The position numbers and the translations under genes are program-made. A stretch of DNA of 64,000 nt from Candidatus Yonathbacteria bacterium. GTDB lineage: Bacteria > Patescibacteriota > Minisyncoccia > Phycocordibacterales > JACNGX01. Below are positions 1 to 10,633 of this stretch, piece after piece (within the stretch, counting starts at the first letter, position 1; every line of letters begins with the position of its first letter). Location of the stretch: assembly GCA_013334825.1 (NCBI GenBank), contig JAAXWR010000001.1, forward strand, positions 203,769 to 267,768, in the 5' to 3' direction. The notes below the pieces were generated by a model that searched no databases, was not told the DNA's origin, and worked only from the letters and a program-made list of their open reading frames with translations.

Positions 1-96
1 TCTTTTCTCCTTATGATACGCAAGAGAAGTACGTTTATTTCATGTGTTGTTATACAGAGAATGATGCAGACTTTACAGGAGAAAATATAGTAGGTG

Positions 97-882
97 TTAT
101 TCCTCTGTAGGTTCAGAAAATGGCGGCATGTTGCGTCGCTCTTCATCACGAAAAGGAATAAATGCATCTTGTCTTTCAGGACGAATATGTTCAGCATAGA
201 TGATAGTATCTTTGGATACACCAAAAACAACTACGCGATCATCTTCTTTGAGCGTGTATCCTTTGGGTATGCGAGTATCATTCGCTATATACACAGTCAT
301 GGATGCTCCGTCAACGCGCTCGAGTGTAAACGATGAAGCGTCGGTTACCTGCGTAATAACCCCTGGATGGATTTCTGCGTTTTCAGGAAGGGGAAATGGA
401 CCATAAAGAGGGACCCCCGCGGGAAATGCTCCTTCGCGCGTAGCACGGTACATTATGCCATGCATTCCCGTGTGTCCCACAACAAATGTCGCAAGTGCCG
501 CAAACCCAACAATACTTGCGAGGGAATACATAAGAGGTTGTTTGTATGCGAATGCGTATTGACGGACTAATATTTCAAGAATGATAACAAAGATGATAAC
601 TGATCCAACAAGAATCCATGGCAATGAAAGAAAGAGAAGTCCCATTCCTCGCATACCAACATCGGGAGCAAACCACATGCCATTTTGACGGAGAAGAAAA
701 TGGATGAGACTTGCAACGTATACAATACCAATTGATACAATGAATACACCAAGTGCAACGAGAATTGCACGGAATACAAAATGCCACCGTGGCTTCATGC
801 GGGTCTTCCCTGAACGTATTGCTGAAAGGACATTGTCCGTTACAGATGGATTTGTATCAGTTTGTGTCATGGCGTGTTTCAT
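97..882 (-). CDS. multi-pass membrane protein downstream of ECF sigma factor; putative anti-sigma factor
   Basis: Internal start MKHAMTQTD of the 97..1032 ORF. Overlaps the sigma factor stop by ~25 nt. Predicted TM helices and a C-terminal soluble domain. The position is typical of anti-sigma partners. Confidence 0.4.
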   Translation of the reverse strand: MKHAMTQTDTNPSVTDNVLSAIRSGKTRMKPRWHFVFRAILVALGVFIVSIGIVYVASLIHFLLRQNGMWFAPDVGMRGMGLLFLSLPWILVGSVIIFVIILEILVRQYAFAYKQPLMYSLASIVGFAALATFVVGHTGMHGIMYRATREGAFPAGVPLYGPFPLPENAEIHPGVITQVTDASSFTLERVDGASMTVYIANDTRIPKGYTLKEDDRVVVFGVSKDTIIYAEHIRPERQDAFIPFRDEERRNMPPFSEPTEE

Positions 883-1426
883 ATTGAGCGAGTAATTGTT
901 TTTTTGCGCGGGTGATACGTACACCGACAGTAGAAACGGGAATATGAAGAATGTCCGCAATTGCTTTATAATCCATATCTTCGTAGTAGTAAAGAATAAG
1001 TGGCGCGCGATATTTTGGATCAAGGGTATCAAGGTGTTTCTCTAATTCTTGCGCGATTTCTTCTCTGAGAATATCTCCGTCGGCAGTTTCTTTGGCGACA
1101 GGGTGAGGAAACAATGTGTCGGGGTCAAAAGGTATGACAGGTTCACGTGTCCGTTTGCGGATAAGTGATATGAATGCATTGTGCGCGATACGATATATCC
1201 AAGGAGAAAACGCACGTCTTGAGTCGTAACTTTGTATATGCTCGTATGCTTTAATAAAAACATCTTGAAGTACGTCGTCTATGTCGTCTCTATTTGCGAC
1301 AAATTTGCGTCCATATCGGGCGAGTTTTGGTTCATATCGTTTAATAAGCACGGCAAACGCTTCGGCGTCTCCATGCTGTACCGCGCGCGCGGCGTCTTCA
1401 TCACTTGGTGAGATGTGTTGCTCCAT
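857..1426 (-). CDS. RNA polymerase ECF-type sigma-70 family factor
   Basis: 189 aa with sigma region 2 and 4 signatures (DDIDDVLQDVFIKAYE..., C-terminal helix-turn-helix ...IADILHIPVSTVGVRITRAKKQL). Confidence 0.8.
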   Translation of the reverse strand: MEQHISPSDEDAARAVQHGDAEAFAVLIKRYEPKLARYGRKFVANRDDIDDVLQDVFIKAYEHIQSYDSRRAFSPWIYRIAHNAFISLIRKRTREPVIPFDPDTLFPHPVAKETADGDILREEIAQELEKHLDTLDPKYRAPLILYYYEDMDYKAIADILHIPVSTVGVRITRAKKQLLAQYETRHDTN

Positions 1427-1492
1427 GTGCTGATAGTGATAGTACGCATAAAAGCGTAATTTCTTACACGAACTCTGGTATAAGGGTTCTCA

Positions 1493-2188
1493 TTATCGTC
1501 GAGAGGTATGTGTACGAACTTGGGTATCTGTGTCAATATTTCCATCAGAGAGAGTGATGATACGGTCAGCTTCGGGAACACGTGAGAGTTCGTGGGTAAC
1601 CATAATAATGGTTTGTCCTGCTTCATGAAGAGTACGAAATACACTCATGACGGTATCAGCCGTTTGTGAATCAAGATTTGCCGTTGGTTCATCTGCAAAG
1701 AGAACAGATGGATTGTTGCCGATTGCGCGTGCGATAGATACCCGTTGTTGTTGTCCGCCAGAAAGTTGAGAGGGAAGGTTGCATGTTTTGTCCGCAAGCC
1801 CTACACGTGCAAGCGCGTCTTCGGCAAGTGCACGTGACTCAGTGAAGGAACGTCCTTCCATGAGGAGTGGCACAATAACATTTTCTAAAGCGGAGAGTTC
1901 AGGGAGAAGCGCATAGTCTTGAAAGACATAACCAAAAGTGACAAGACGGACGCGAGTACGTTCTTTCTCCGACATGGTGTCAGTACGTATACCATCAATG
2001 GTTATTGTTCCTGATGTTGGTTCATCAAGAAGTCCCATATGATAAAGAAGTGTACTTTTACCTGCACCTGAACGACCAGTAATGATGACATATTCACCAT
2101 CAGCAATATCGAGCGAGACACTCCGCAGTGCGTGTGTTTCCACGGAGCCAGTGACAAATGTTTTTTTGAGATTATGTACGGAAATCAT
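1493..2188 (-). CDS. ABC transporter ATP-binding protein (MacB/LolD/FtsE-like)
   Basis: Walker [13 protein letters not shown] signature [14 protein letters not shown], Walker B FADEPT. Confidence 0.85.
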   Translation of the reverse strand: MISVHNLKKTFVTGSVETHALRSVSLDIADGEYVIITGRSGAGKSTLLYHMGLLDEPTSGTITIDGIRTDTMSEKERTRVRLVTFGYVFQDYALLPELSALENVIVPLLMEGRSFTESRALAEDALARVGLADKTCNLPSQLSGGQQQRVSIARAIGNNPSVLFADEPTANLDSQTADTVMSVFRTLHEAGQTIIMVTHELSRVPEADRIITLSDGNIDTDTQVRTHTSRR

Positions 2189-2245
2189 AATGTAGGAGAT
2201 TAGGAGATGAGTATAGAGAGTTTGTGGCGTGAGGAAGAAGTGACG

Positions 2246-3514
2246 TTATCGTCCGAGAATTGAATCAAGAATATTTTTTCCTACAATAATACGTGCAGGG
2301 ATGTAGCCAGCAATAATGGTAACAAGAATAATGATACCAATACGCATGAGTGTAAGATCAATTGGTGCGACCAGTATGCCGTCAGAGAAGGGGAAGTCGA
2401 TGGGGTTGGCGTCTATATACGGTTTGAGAAGTCCAAAAAGTATCGCAGACCCAACAAGAGAACCAGCGATAGCATAAAAAAGAGATTGGAGAATATATGA
2501 GAAGGTAATTGCTGAAGGAGAGATGCCTATCCCTTGAAGAATACCAATATATTTACGACGGGTCACGGCATTGATGAAAATAACAATAAATACGGTGATA
2601 GATGCGACAGCAATACCAATTGAGCCGATGACACCACCGAGAATATCAAATGTAGAACCAATATCTTTGAAAAATTGTCCCTGAGACTCTTCCCATGTCT
2701 CGATTTTTGCACATGAACAAATATCAACAGCGCGGAGCTCTTCTTTGATATATGTGGGATCAGTACCAGGAACAAGAAGAGCAGCGATTTCATTTGCATC
2801 TTTTTGTTGACGTCCAAGCATTTGACGCAGTATTGTTTCATTGATATAGACACGTTGAGAGACCGCGCTTATTTTGCTTTTTACAACACCGCGAATGATG
2901 AATTCACGCATGACACCGTTTACTTTGATACGAATAGTATCGCCAACATCAATTGCTGAAAGTGTGTCCGAACCAGGAACATTACGAACGTATGCTTCGA
3001 GAAGATTCGAGCCGACAAGTGCTCCGTTTACATCATTTGGTTCAAGGTATGCCCCCGCGACAAGACGTTCCGAAAGGTGTGTTACCGCGTCTTCATCTTG
3101 TGGGTTGATGCCTGAAACAACTGACGCCACAGATTCAGTATTTTCTGAGATGTCTATCTTGGTGCGGTAGTTTGCTTCGATTGTCGCTCCCGCAAGCATG
3201 CGGGATGTTGTCGCGACAACTTCAGGAAATGACTCAAGAACTTTTTCAACACGCGTAGTGTCTTCGATGAAATTTTTTGATTCAAGATTTGAAAGAAGTA
3301 TATCTCCCGAGTATTGCGCGCGATAGGCATTCGATGACCCCGCGACAAGACCGCTCAAAATACCACTCACAAAGACAAGATTGAGAAATGTGAGTGTCAT
3401 GATAAAGACGATAAGCACCGTCGTCCACACATTAGCACGTTTGAGGGCACGAAAAGCGAGGAAGTTACTTACCCGAAATATTTCATAATATCCAGCTGAT
3501 TGTTTGGACTGCAT
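2246..3514 (-). CDS. ABC transporter permease, FtsX/MacB-like, with large periplasmic loop
   Basis: Lies upstream of and co-oriented with the ABC ATPase. N-terminal TM, long extracytoplasmic domain, three C-terminal TM helices. Start probably MQSKQ... inside the 2246..3619 ORF. Confidence 0.7.
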   Translation of the reverse strand: MQSKQSAGYYEIFRVSNFLAFRALKRANVWTTVLIVFIMTLTFLNLVFVSGILSGLVAGSSNAYRAQYSGDILLSNLESKNFIEDTTRVEKVLESFPEVVATTSRMLAGATIEANYRTKIDISENTESVASVVSGINPQDEDAVTHLSERLVAGAYLEPNDVNGALVGSNLLEAYVRNVPGSDTLSAIDVGDTIRIKVNGVMREFIIRGVVKSKISAVSQRVYINETILRQMLGRQQKDANEIAALLVPGTDPTYIKEELRAVDICSCAKIETWEESQGQFFKDIGSTFDILGGVIGSIGIAVASITVFIVIFINAVTRRKYIGILQGIGISPSAITFSYILQSLFYAIAGSLVGSAILFGLLKPYIDANPIDFPFSDGILVAPIDLTLMRIGIIILVTIIAGYIPARIIVGKNILDSILGR

Positions 3515-3635
3515 AAGAGTATTGTAACATAGATGAGTTTTATGTACCGAGTTGTGAACATATTTTATCGTATATATGAAAGAAAAACGACCACGGCACC
3601 CCTTCGGGGCGCCGTGCAATATTCGTATTATTTTT

Positions 3636-4970
3636 TTAACGTTTATCGTGAATCGTTTTTGTCACATGTGTCGCGGGAACAAAGGTGAGTGCTTTCCCGC
3701 GTTTGCTACTACGACCAGTACGGCCGATACGGTGAACATAATCTTCGAATGTGCTTGGCAGATCATAGTTGATCACATGAGACACATCATCGACGTGAAT
3801 ACCACGCGCGGCAACATCGGTTGCAACAAGGACTGTCGAGTGCCCGCGTTTGAATGCATCAAGTGCACGTGTGCGTTGTCCGTGGCTTTTGTTGCCATGA
3901 ATTGATTCAGCTTTGATACCATAGGTGCCGAGTTGTTTGGCGAGCTTTTCCACACTGTGCTTCATAGCACCAAAGATGATAACGCGACTGTATTCTTTTT
4001 TACCGAGAAGCTCAAGAAGCGTTTCAAATTTCGTATCAGGATGATACGCAATGACATCTTGTTCTATCCCATCTGCGGTATCTTTCTTTTTTACCGAGAT
4101 TGTTACCGGATGTTTAAGAAAATCACTGACCATACGTTTTGCTTCTTCGGGCATTGTTGCTGAGAAGAACAATGTTTCGCGGCTTGCGGGGGTAGCGCCA
4201 AGAATGGCGCGCATGTCATGGATAAATCCCATATCAAGCATGCGGTCTGCTTCATCAAGGACGACAGTCGTTACGCGCTTCGGCGCAAAGTTTCCGCGTT
4301 TGAGAAGGTCGAGAACACGTCCAGGTGTACCGATAACAAAATGATTGACGCGCGCAAGTGCGTGAATTTGTGGATTGATGTTGACACCACCGACGCAGAT
4401 AACAGAAAAGAGTCCCATACCACGTGTGATGCGGCGGAATTCTTGGTCAATTTGTGCGGCAAGTTCACGTGTAGGTGCGAGAATAAGTGTTTGGCGATGT
4501 GGTTCGCGCAACGTCTTATCAATAAGAGGAATGAGAAATGCCGCAGTTTTTCCCGTGCCTGTTTCGGCGATACCCACAACATCGTGTCCCGCGAGAATCT
4601 CGGGAATAATCTTGTCTTGGATAGGGGACGGAGTTTCAATACCCATAGATGTGATTGCTTGGACGATACGTATATCAACACCAAAGGTACCAAAGGTATG
4701 TGTCGGTACGTATGCTTCTTCAGGAGTTTCTGTTTGACTCTTTGGATTTGTATTGATAAAGCGAGACGGATTGAACGTTGGCAATGCTGGCTTTCTTCCA
4801 TATCCACCACGTCCGCCGGTATGTTCCGAGCGGTGCGCGCGAAAATTGCCACTTTGCGCGGGGCGGGCATGAGAAGAATATGCGCCAGGTCTTTTGCCTG
4901 GGCGTGAGGACGCAGAGCGTCCGTTTCGTGAGGATCCAGATTGTCCGTATCCTCGAGAGTGTGTTTGCAT
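3636..4970 (-). CDS. DEAD-box ATP-dependent RNA helicase with RG-rich C-terminal tail
   Basis: Q-motif region, AETGTGKT, VLDEADRMLDMGF, SAT, HRIGRTGR motifs. C-terminus rich in RGG/RSG. Confidence 0.85.
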   Translation of the reverse strand: MQTHSRGYGQSGSSRNGRSASSRPGKRPGAYSSHARPAQSGNFRAHRSEHTGGRGGYGRKPALPTFNPSRFINTNPKSQTETPEEAYVPTHTFGTFGVDIRIVQAITSMGIETPSPIQDKIIPEILAGHDVVGIAETGTGKTAAFLIPLIDKTLREPHRQTLILAPTRELAAQIDQEFRRITRGMGLFSVICVGGVNINPQIHALARVNHFVIGTPGRVLDLLKRGNFAPKRVTTVVLDEADRMLDMGFIHDMRAILGATPASRETLFFSATMPEEAKRMVSDFLKHPVTISVKKKDTADGIEQDVIAYHPDTKFETLLELLGKKEYSRVIIFGAMKHSVEKLAKQLGTYGIKAESIHGNKSHGQRTRALDAFKRGHSTVLVATDVAARGIHVDDVSHVINYDLPSTFEDYVHRIGRTGRSSKRGKALTFVPATHVTKTIHDKR

Positions 4971-5265
4971 GATATACTAGTATTTAAGGACGCATACTAT
5001 TGTAATGCGTTCTGGGCTGTGCAGGTGATAAATCAAACGTTACTCACCATTACGAAAGGAAGCGTCTGCGGCTTCCGAGCCCTACACGAGAATCAAAAGC
5101 GTGTATACATGATAGCATATTTTTATTTTTAAGTCAAATCATGGGCACAAAGACAATGTTGCGATGCCTCAATATTTTTTGATCTTGCAATACCTCAGGG
5201 TGTTTGATTCTATAAAAAGGAATTGATACACTATCTATATCCCACTAGTCCTTGTAATTTATATT

Positions 5266-5745
5266 ATGAATACTCGACCACTTATTATTACATCTATTCT
5301 TATTGTTATTCTTGCTGTCATTCTTTTCATCATATGGGGTGTGTTTATTCGTTATCGAGGAATAACAGGAGATGTTGCTATGCTTGCCGAACGTGTAACA
5401 GTATCTTCAGATTCAGATACACACACAATGTCTTCTTCTGAAAACATGGCACTTTCAGTTGGAGAATATAAAACAATAGATGGACTTATTATTACACTAA
5501 CAGATATTCGTTCAGACGATAGATGTCCTATCGATGCTGTGTGTATGCAAGCAGGTAAGATACAGGTTTCTGCAACACTTGCGACAGAAGAAGAATTTCG
5601 TTCAGTGGGATTTTCTTTCCCGGGGACGCCACTTATCTTTGAAGGATATAGAGTTTCTATAAAAGACGTGTTTCCGTTGCGTACATCAGGGAATGTCCCC
5701 GCTTCAGGAGATTATCGCATTGCCTTTTCAGTGGAAAAATTATAA
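5266..5745 (+). CDS. hypothetical membrane-anchored protein
   Basis: 159 aa with an N-terminal TM helix (ILIVILAVILFIIWGVFI). No recognised domain. Confidence 0.45.
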   Translation: MNTRPLIITSILIVILAVILFIIWGVFIRYRGITGDVAMLAERVTVSSDSDTHTMSSSENMALSVGEYKTIDGLIITLTDIRSDDRCPIDAVCMQAGKIQVSATLATEEEFRSVGFSFPGTPLIFEGYRVSIKDVFPLRTSGNVPASGDYRIAFSVEKL

Positions 5746-6076
5746 TGAAAATGTTGGAAGATTAAATGTATTAAGATTTTATTTTTGCAGTATTGCAAAA
5801 GTATTTCATCATGTTGTTTTGTTCAATGTAACGAAGATCATTGAGATATTTTCAACCATTTTCGTGGGGGGCGATTCTTTCAGGGAAGCGTTTGTATGAA
5901 TCGTGGCTATGCACAGATTTTTACGCATGATGACAGAAATTGCGTACATTGAAAAAAGGGAGATGATGCAGAGTGAATCATAACCGGCGTATACGCCGTT
6001 TTCTTGTTTGTATATATGGTAGAGAATTGTTACACTAAAAGTATCAGTATTACTCCTCATTTATTGACATACGTGT

Positions 6077-6970
6077 ATGGAAAGAAAAAATATTATTATT
6101 GTCAGTATTATTACTCTCGTTGTTGTGTCTGGTACCATATTTTATTTTGATAGTTTGATACCTTCGGTTGATACAGAGACACCAATAGCCAATGTCACCG
6201 CGACATACTTTTATTGTACGGAGGGCATTGTCGCTGTGACGTTTGGTGATACTACTGCAGACGTTATTTTTCCAGATCAGCGTGTTCTCACGATGACACA
6301 AGGAGTGTCCGGTTCTGGTGCACGATATGAGAATGGCGATGTTGTTTTTTGGAATAAAGGCGACGGTGCCTTTGTCACGGAAAACGATGAGATGATTTAT
6401 AGTAATTGTATCACTGCGACGGTAACGCCGGAGGGAGGCGATATGCGCCATGTCGTTGATGCTTCACAGATGTTTGAATTTTCATATCCGGCCCCAGCTA
6501 TATTATCGGGTGGGGAACTTGGATATACGGAGACGTGGCGACAGCAGACAACAACGCTCGGTATGGTGCTTGCAAAAGTTTCTATTCCGCGGACGTTCGA
6601 ACCTGATACAAATTTTAGTGAAGCGATACTTACTATCGGAACAAGTGCCGATCCTGATGCGGTGAAGACGTGCGTGACGGATGCGGGAGGTGCACAAGTG
6701 GAAAAGAGTCAAATGACGATAGGGAGCACACCGTTCACTGTCCTTTCCTATAGTGATGCGGGTGCGGGGAACTATTATGATACGACGAGTTATCGTACGG
6801 TGCGTGATGGACAGTGTTATGCAATCGAATACACTATTCATACGACCAATATTGATAATTATCCCAGAGAATCGGGTATTACAGTTTTTGATAGGAACAA
6901 GATAACTGCTGTTCTCGAAGGTATCGTGAGGAGTTTCATCTTTTTACCGGATGATAAAAAATTGAATTAG
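6077..6970 (+). CDS. membrane-anchored protein with MliC-like (lysozyme inhibitor) domain
   Basis: N-terminal TM. Segment YFYCTEG...LTMTQGVSGSGARYENGDVVFWNKGDGAFV...YSNC matches the MliC signature (C...SGARY...FW.KG...C). Confidence 0.55.
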   Translation: MERKNIIIVSIITLVVVSGTIFYFDSLIPSVDTETPIANVTATYFYCTEGIVAVTFGDTTADVIFPDQRVLTMTQGVSGSGARYENGDVVFWNKGDGAFVTENDEMIYSNCITATVTPEGGDMRHVVDASQMFEFSYPAPAILSGGELGYTETWRQQTTTLGMVLAKVSIPRTFEPDTNFSEAILTIGTSADPDAVKTCVTDAGGAQVEKSQMTIGSTPFTVLSYSDAGAGNYYDTTSYRTVRDGQCYAIEYTIHTTNIDNYPRESGITVFDRNKITAVLEGIVRSFIFLPDDKKLN

Positions 6971-6996
6971 AATAATAATACGGAGCATGCTTCGTG

Positions 6997-7027
6997 AAAA
7001 ACATCTGGCATATCCAGATGTTTTTCG
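6997..7027 (+). terminator. hairpin terminator after the MliC-like gene
   Basis: aaaaacatctggcatatccagatgttttt. Confidence 0.5.
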
Positions 7028-7356
7028 TACAGTATGGCAGATATGTTCTGTGATACACTATGTATATGAGTAAAATGACATGGTTATACGTGGGTATTTA
7101 TTGGCATGGTGCTTGCTGTTCTTGTGATGGTGACACACGTGTTCGAGGCGAAATCAAAGCGGCATAACAAACGATTGATACAGACCAACTAAGTGATACG
7201 TATTACAATTATACGCATCATTCTCTAGTTTCGTATAGGACACATTGTCGGTCATCGATACAGTGTTGTTCGTAAAAAAGTCGAATACGTTTAGAGATCC
7301 TTATGCCATATAAAATGCTATTTTATTCCGTATTAAATAATTTATAATGTAAATGC

Positions 7357-7947
7357 ATGATTTCTCCAGATTTTAATATAGTATACGCATTTTTTTCAAT
7401 GGCATGCATTATTGCGGGGGCTGTTCCGTATGTGCGTGATATGCTTAAGGGGAAGACGAAACCCCACACCTATTCGTGGTTTGTTTGGTTTCTCACCACG
7501 GGTATTGCCACAATAGGTTCGTGGTATGGAGGGGGAGGTTGGGGAGCAGTTTCGATGATTGTGTTTTCTGGTATTATAGGTTTGAATTTCGTTCTCTCTC
7601 TCCGCTTTGGGACGCGTGATATTACCCGCACTGACACAGTCGCTCTTATCGTTGCTCTCTTTGCAATAGTTCTTTGGATTGTACTTGATGATCCTCTTTG
7701 GTCAGTACTTTTGGCTACCGCAATTGATATCATTGGGTATATTCCGACAATACGAAAGACATGGTTTGACCCATCGTCCGAAACACCGTCCGCGTGGCTC
7801 CTTTCGATTATCGGAGACATGTTCGCGCTTCTCGCATTGTCAGCATATAATGTGCTTACGGTTACGTATCTTGTCGCTATTATTATTGTCAATATTATTG
7901 TATTTTTGATAGCTATTATGGGAAAGAAAACTGTTTCCGCAACGTAA
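7357..7947 (+). CDS. hypothetical polytopic membrane protein
   Basis: 196 aa with ~6 hydrophobic helices. No recognised motif. Confidence 0.45.
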   Translation: MISPDFNIVYAFFSMACIIAGAVPYVRDMLKGKTKPHTYSWFVWFLTTGIATIGSWYGGGGWGAVSMIVFSGIIGLNFVLSLRFGTRDITRTDTVALIVALFAIVLWIVLDDPLWSVLLATAIDIIGYIPTIRKTWFDPSSETPSAWLLSIIGDMFALLALSAYNVLTVTYLVAIIIVNIIVFLIAIMGKKTVSAT

Positions 7948-8007
7948 TCATTGTTCTTTTTGTTTTTCGTTTATCATTTTAATTTTTTTTATTTTTCTTT
8001 TCATTGT

Positions 8008-8463
8008 ATGTCCACATGTCTCTTTTGCGGTATTGTACAGGGTACGATTCCCGCGCATAAAGTTTGGGAAGACGAGAAGCATCTTGCCTTTCTTTCCATC
8101 TTTCCCAATACCGAAGGAGTAACGGTTGTTATTCCCAAAGCTCATTATGGAAGTTACGCATTTGCACTTCCTGATGATGTACTCTCTTCTCTTGTGCTTG
8201 CGACGAAAAAAGTCGCGCATATCCTTGATGAGAAACTTTCTGATGTCGGACGTACAGCAATGGTGTTTGAAGGATTTGGCGTTGATCATATACATGCGAA
8301 ACTCTTCCCGATGCACGGAACGGCAAATATGGCAGAGTGGAAGCCAATCGAGTCTTCTCTCGAAACATATTTCAACATATATCCCGGATATATTTCATCG
8401 CATGACGCAGAACGAGCCGATGATACGGAGCTCGCTCTTCTTGCAGAGCGACTATGTTCATAA
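8008..8463 (+). CDS. HIT-family (histidine triad-like) protein
   Basis: CLFCGIVQG...HYGSY...VDHIHAKLFP resembles the HIT nucleotide-binding fold. Start taken at MSTCLFCG inside the 7951..8463 ORF. Confidence 0.5.
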   Translation: MSTCLFCGIVQGTIPAHKVWEDEKHLAFLSIFPNTEGVTVVIPKAHYGSYAFALPDDVLSSLVLATKKVAHILDEKLSDVGRTAMVFEGFGVDHIHAKLFPMHGTANMAEWKPIESSLETYFNIYPGYISSHDAERADDTELALLAERLCS

Positions 8464-8520
8464 AAGAGGATTGTAGTATATTCTGGTATTGATATCGTCT
8501 ATGATGTATACTCACGTAAT

Positions 8521-8967
8521 ATGAAATCATTACACTATTGGAATAGTGTTCTTGCGCTTTCTCTCGCGGGGACAGTGTTTGCCGGATATCTTGCTGGCAC
8601 AAAGCTTATTACTGGTTCGTGCGCATTATCAGAACCATGCCCATATGTTCTTGGGTATCCCGCATGTTGGTATGGATTTGGGATGTTTGCCATGATGTTC
8701 ATCATATCATTACGAGGACGTTTTATATCGATGAAAAAAACAACGATGTGTCGTCTTGGTATGCGCGTGATATCTTTCATCGGCATATTATTTGCAGGTA
8801 CTCTTGTTGCGAAGGAAATTCCTATGATATTCAGTCCTTTTGGTCCCTCATACGCCATGGGACTTCCTTCATGTGCGTATGGACTCCTGTTTTATATTGC
8901 CATTGCAGTACTTTCGTTTGTCCGAGAAGACACCGCACGCGATGTCGTTGATACTGCTCTCGTATAG
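8521..8967 (+). CDS. hypothetical membrane protein (Cys-containing loop)
   Basis: 148 aa, ~4 TM helices, CALSEPCPY loop. Confidence 0.4.
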   Translation: MKSLHYWNSVLALSLAGTVFAGYLAGTKLITGSCALSEPCPYVLGYPACWYGFGMFAMMFIISLRGRFISMKKTTMCRLGMRVISFIGILFAGTLVAKEIPMIFSPFGPSYAMGLPSCAYGLLFYIAIAVLSFVREDTARDVVDTALV

Positions 8968-8982
8968 GAGTAATCTTTTGAT

Positions 8983-10185
8983 ATGCACAACAGAACATTT
9001 TCATATATCCCACAAAAAGGATTTGCCGCATTGTCATGGGGGCGCATCCTCTTGACGCTTGCCGAGACAATGGTTGGCATCTTTTTGCCGATTTTCTTGT
9101 ATGAATTGTTTGATAACAATATCTTTTTCGCACTGCTCTTTTTTGTGTTGATGCATGGCGTGTACGGTATTCTTGTGCCCGTGGGGGCAATGATACTCGA
9201 CAAATATGGGTCGCGTCTTCCACTTCTCGTGGGAGTATCACTTTCGGGTGCGTTCATCGGGTCGCTTTATGGCGTGCAGGCGTTTGCGGATGTGCGTGGC
9301 GTGTTTTTTCTTGCACTTGCTTTTGTGACGACTGTTGGTTTTCGCGTTTTCTTTTGGATGCCGTTTCATGTTGATTTTGCGACACATACAGATACAGCAA
9401 TACGTGGTAAGGAAGTTGGACTGATGGAAGCAGGGCTGACTATTGTTGGGACACTTGCACCACTTATCGCAGGATACCTTATCGCATGGTATGGATATGG
9501 CATGCTCTTTCTCGCATCGATTGGTGTTATCGTAGTAACATTTATACCATTTTTGTTTGTCCCCGAAAGAGATATTACCTTTTCATGGGGATATATTGGG
9601 TCGTTCAAGAAATTATGCACGCGTGAAAATAGAAATCTCGCGCTTTCCAGTGGTCTTATGGGAATAGAAAATGTTATTGGTGCTGTTGTGTGGCCACTCT
9701 TTATTTTCATGCTTCTTGAGGGTGATTATGCTCAGGTTGGGTTTATCTCTTCTCTCATTGTTATTGCCACGGTGGTCACAGAACTTTTTACTGGAGATTC
9801 ACTTGATCGATACTCAAAAAAAAGTGTATTGCGTTTCTGGACAGTTTTTTCAGCACTGGGATGGTTTATCAAAATTTTTGTCGCGACAGCATTTCAAATA
9901 TTTGCCGTCGGTGCGTATCATGGTATTGTGCGTTCGCTTGCGGGCGTTTCGTACGAAGCATTTTTTTATGAACTTGCTGCGGATGGGGGACAGTACGTAG
10001 ATGAATACACAGTTATTCGTGAAATGGCAATTCAATTTGCAAAAGTAATTGCGCTCCTCGTCGTCATGGTGATTATCCTCTTTTTCCATATTAAATGGGC
10101 ATTTCTCGTCGGACTCATGAGCGCGCTTGTTCTCAATGGTGTGCTCGCTATAAGTAGTAGGGAGAGGGAGGTAGGAAAGAGGTGA
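8983..10185 (+). CDS. MFS transporter
   Basis: 400 aa, ~12 TM. 3' end runs into repeat R1. Confidence 0.7.
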   Translation: MHNRTFSYIPQKGFAALSWGRILLTLAETMVGIFLPIFLYELFDNNIFFALLFFVLMHGVYGILVPVGAMILDKYGSRLPLLVGVSLSGAFIGSLYGVQAFADVRGVFFLALAFVTTVGFRVFFWMPFHVDFATHTDTAIRGKEVGLMEAGLTIVGTLAPLIAGYLIAWYGYGMLFLASIGVIVVTFIPFLFVPERDITFSWGYIGSFKKLCTRENRNLALSSGLMGIENVIGAVVWPLFIFMLLEGDYAQVGFISSLIVIATVVTELFTGDSLDRYSKKSVLRFWTVFSALGWFIKIFVATAFQIFAVGAYHGIVRSLAGVSYEAFFYELAADGGQYVDEYTVIREMAIQFAKVIALLVVMVIILFFHIKWAFLVGLMSALVLNGVLAISSREREVGKR

Positions 10186-10545
10186 TAGGGACGGGAGAAC
10201 ACTCGAATCAAGAATCACGAAGCACGAATCAAGAATTAAGGGTTACGAAGTACGAACTTATACGAACATACGAAACTGGACGGGATGAAGGGTTATGAAA
10301 TATGAACTTGTACGCCTGCCCCGCACCCTATGTGGTGCATGGTGTTGGGGAATATACGGAATGTACGAATACGACTTCTTTTCTTTTGTCGTTTACCGTT
10401 TATAGTTTTCGTCTTCATATTTCATATTTCTATTTTCGTATTTCATCGTCTATAGTTTTTTCTTTTTATAGTTTATCGTTTATAGTTTCTTCGTCATTCG
10501 TAGGTTCGTACGTATTCGTTATTCGTAACTTTTCTTGAAACTCGT
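10160..10545. repeat. mosaic intergenic repeat R1
   Basis: Shares modules with 30138-30640, 33455-33870, 61182-61320 (reverse complement) and 62640-63176: (a)ggaaataggtgagaggtgatagg, gaatcaagaattaagggttacgaagtacgaacttatacgaacatacgaa (34/34 identical at 62925), cctgccccgcaccctacgtggtgca, and tacgaatacgac...cgtcttcatatttcatatttctattttcgtatttcat. ORF 10302..10538 is a reading-frame artefact. Confidence 0.8.
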
Positions 10546-10633
10546 TTATGGCTAGCGTAAAAAGCAAATCTATTGTATAGTGTCTCTATAAAGCGCTACG
10601 CGCTTTTTCTTTACCCTTTCTTTTCCGTTTTTT

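Noticed and set aside
8521-8967. VKOR (vitamin K epoxide reductase) assignment for the 148-aa membrane protein
   Set aside because: It has a Cys pair in the loop, but no CXXC active-site motif is present.
10302-10538. ORFs inside mosaic repeats (10302..10538, 30210..30536, 30350..30607, 33146..33712, 33223..33561, 33650..33874)
   Set aside because: They are translations of repetitive low-complexity DNA (SFRLHISYFYF... recurring in different loci and strands), with no start context.
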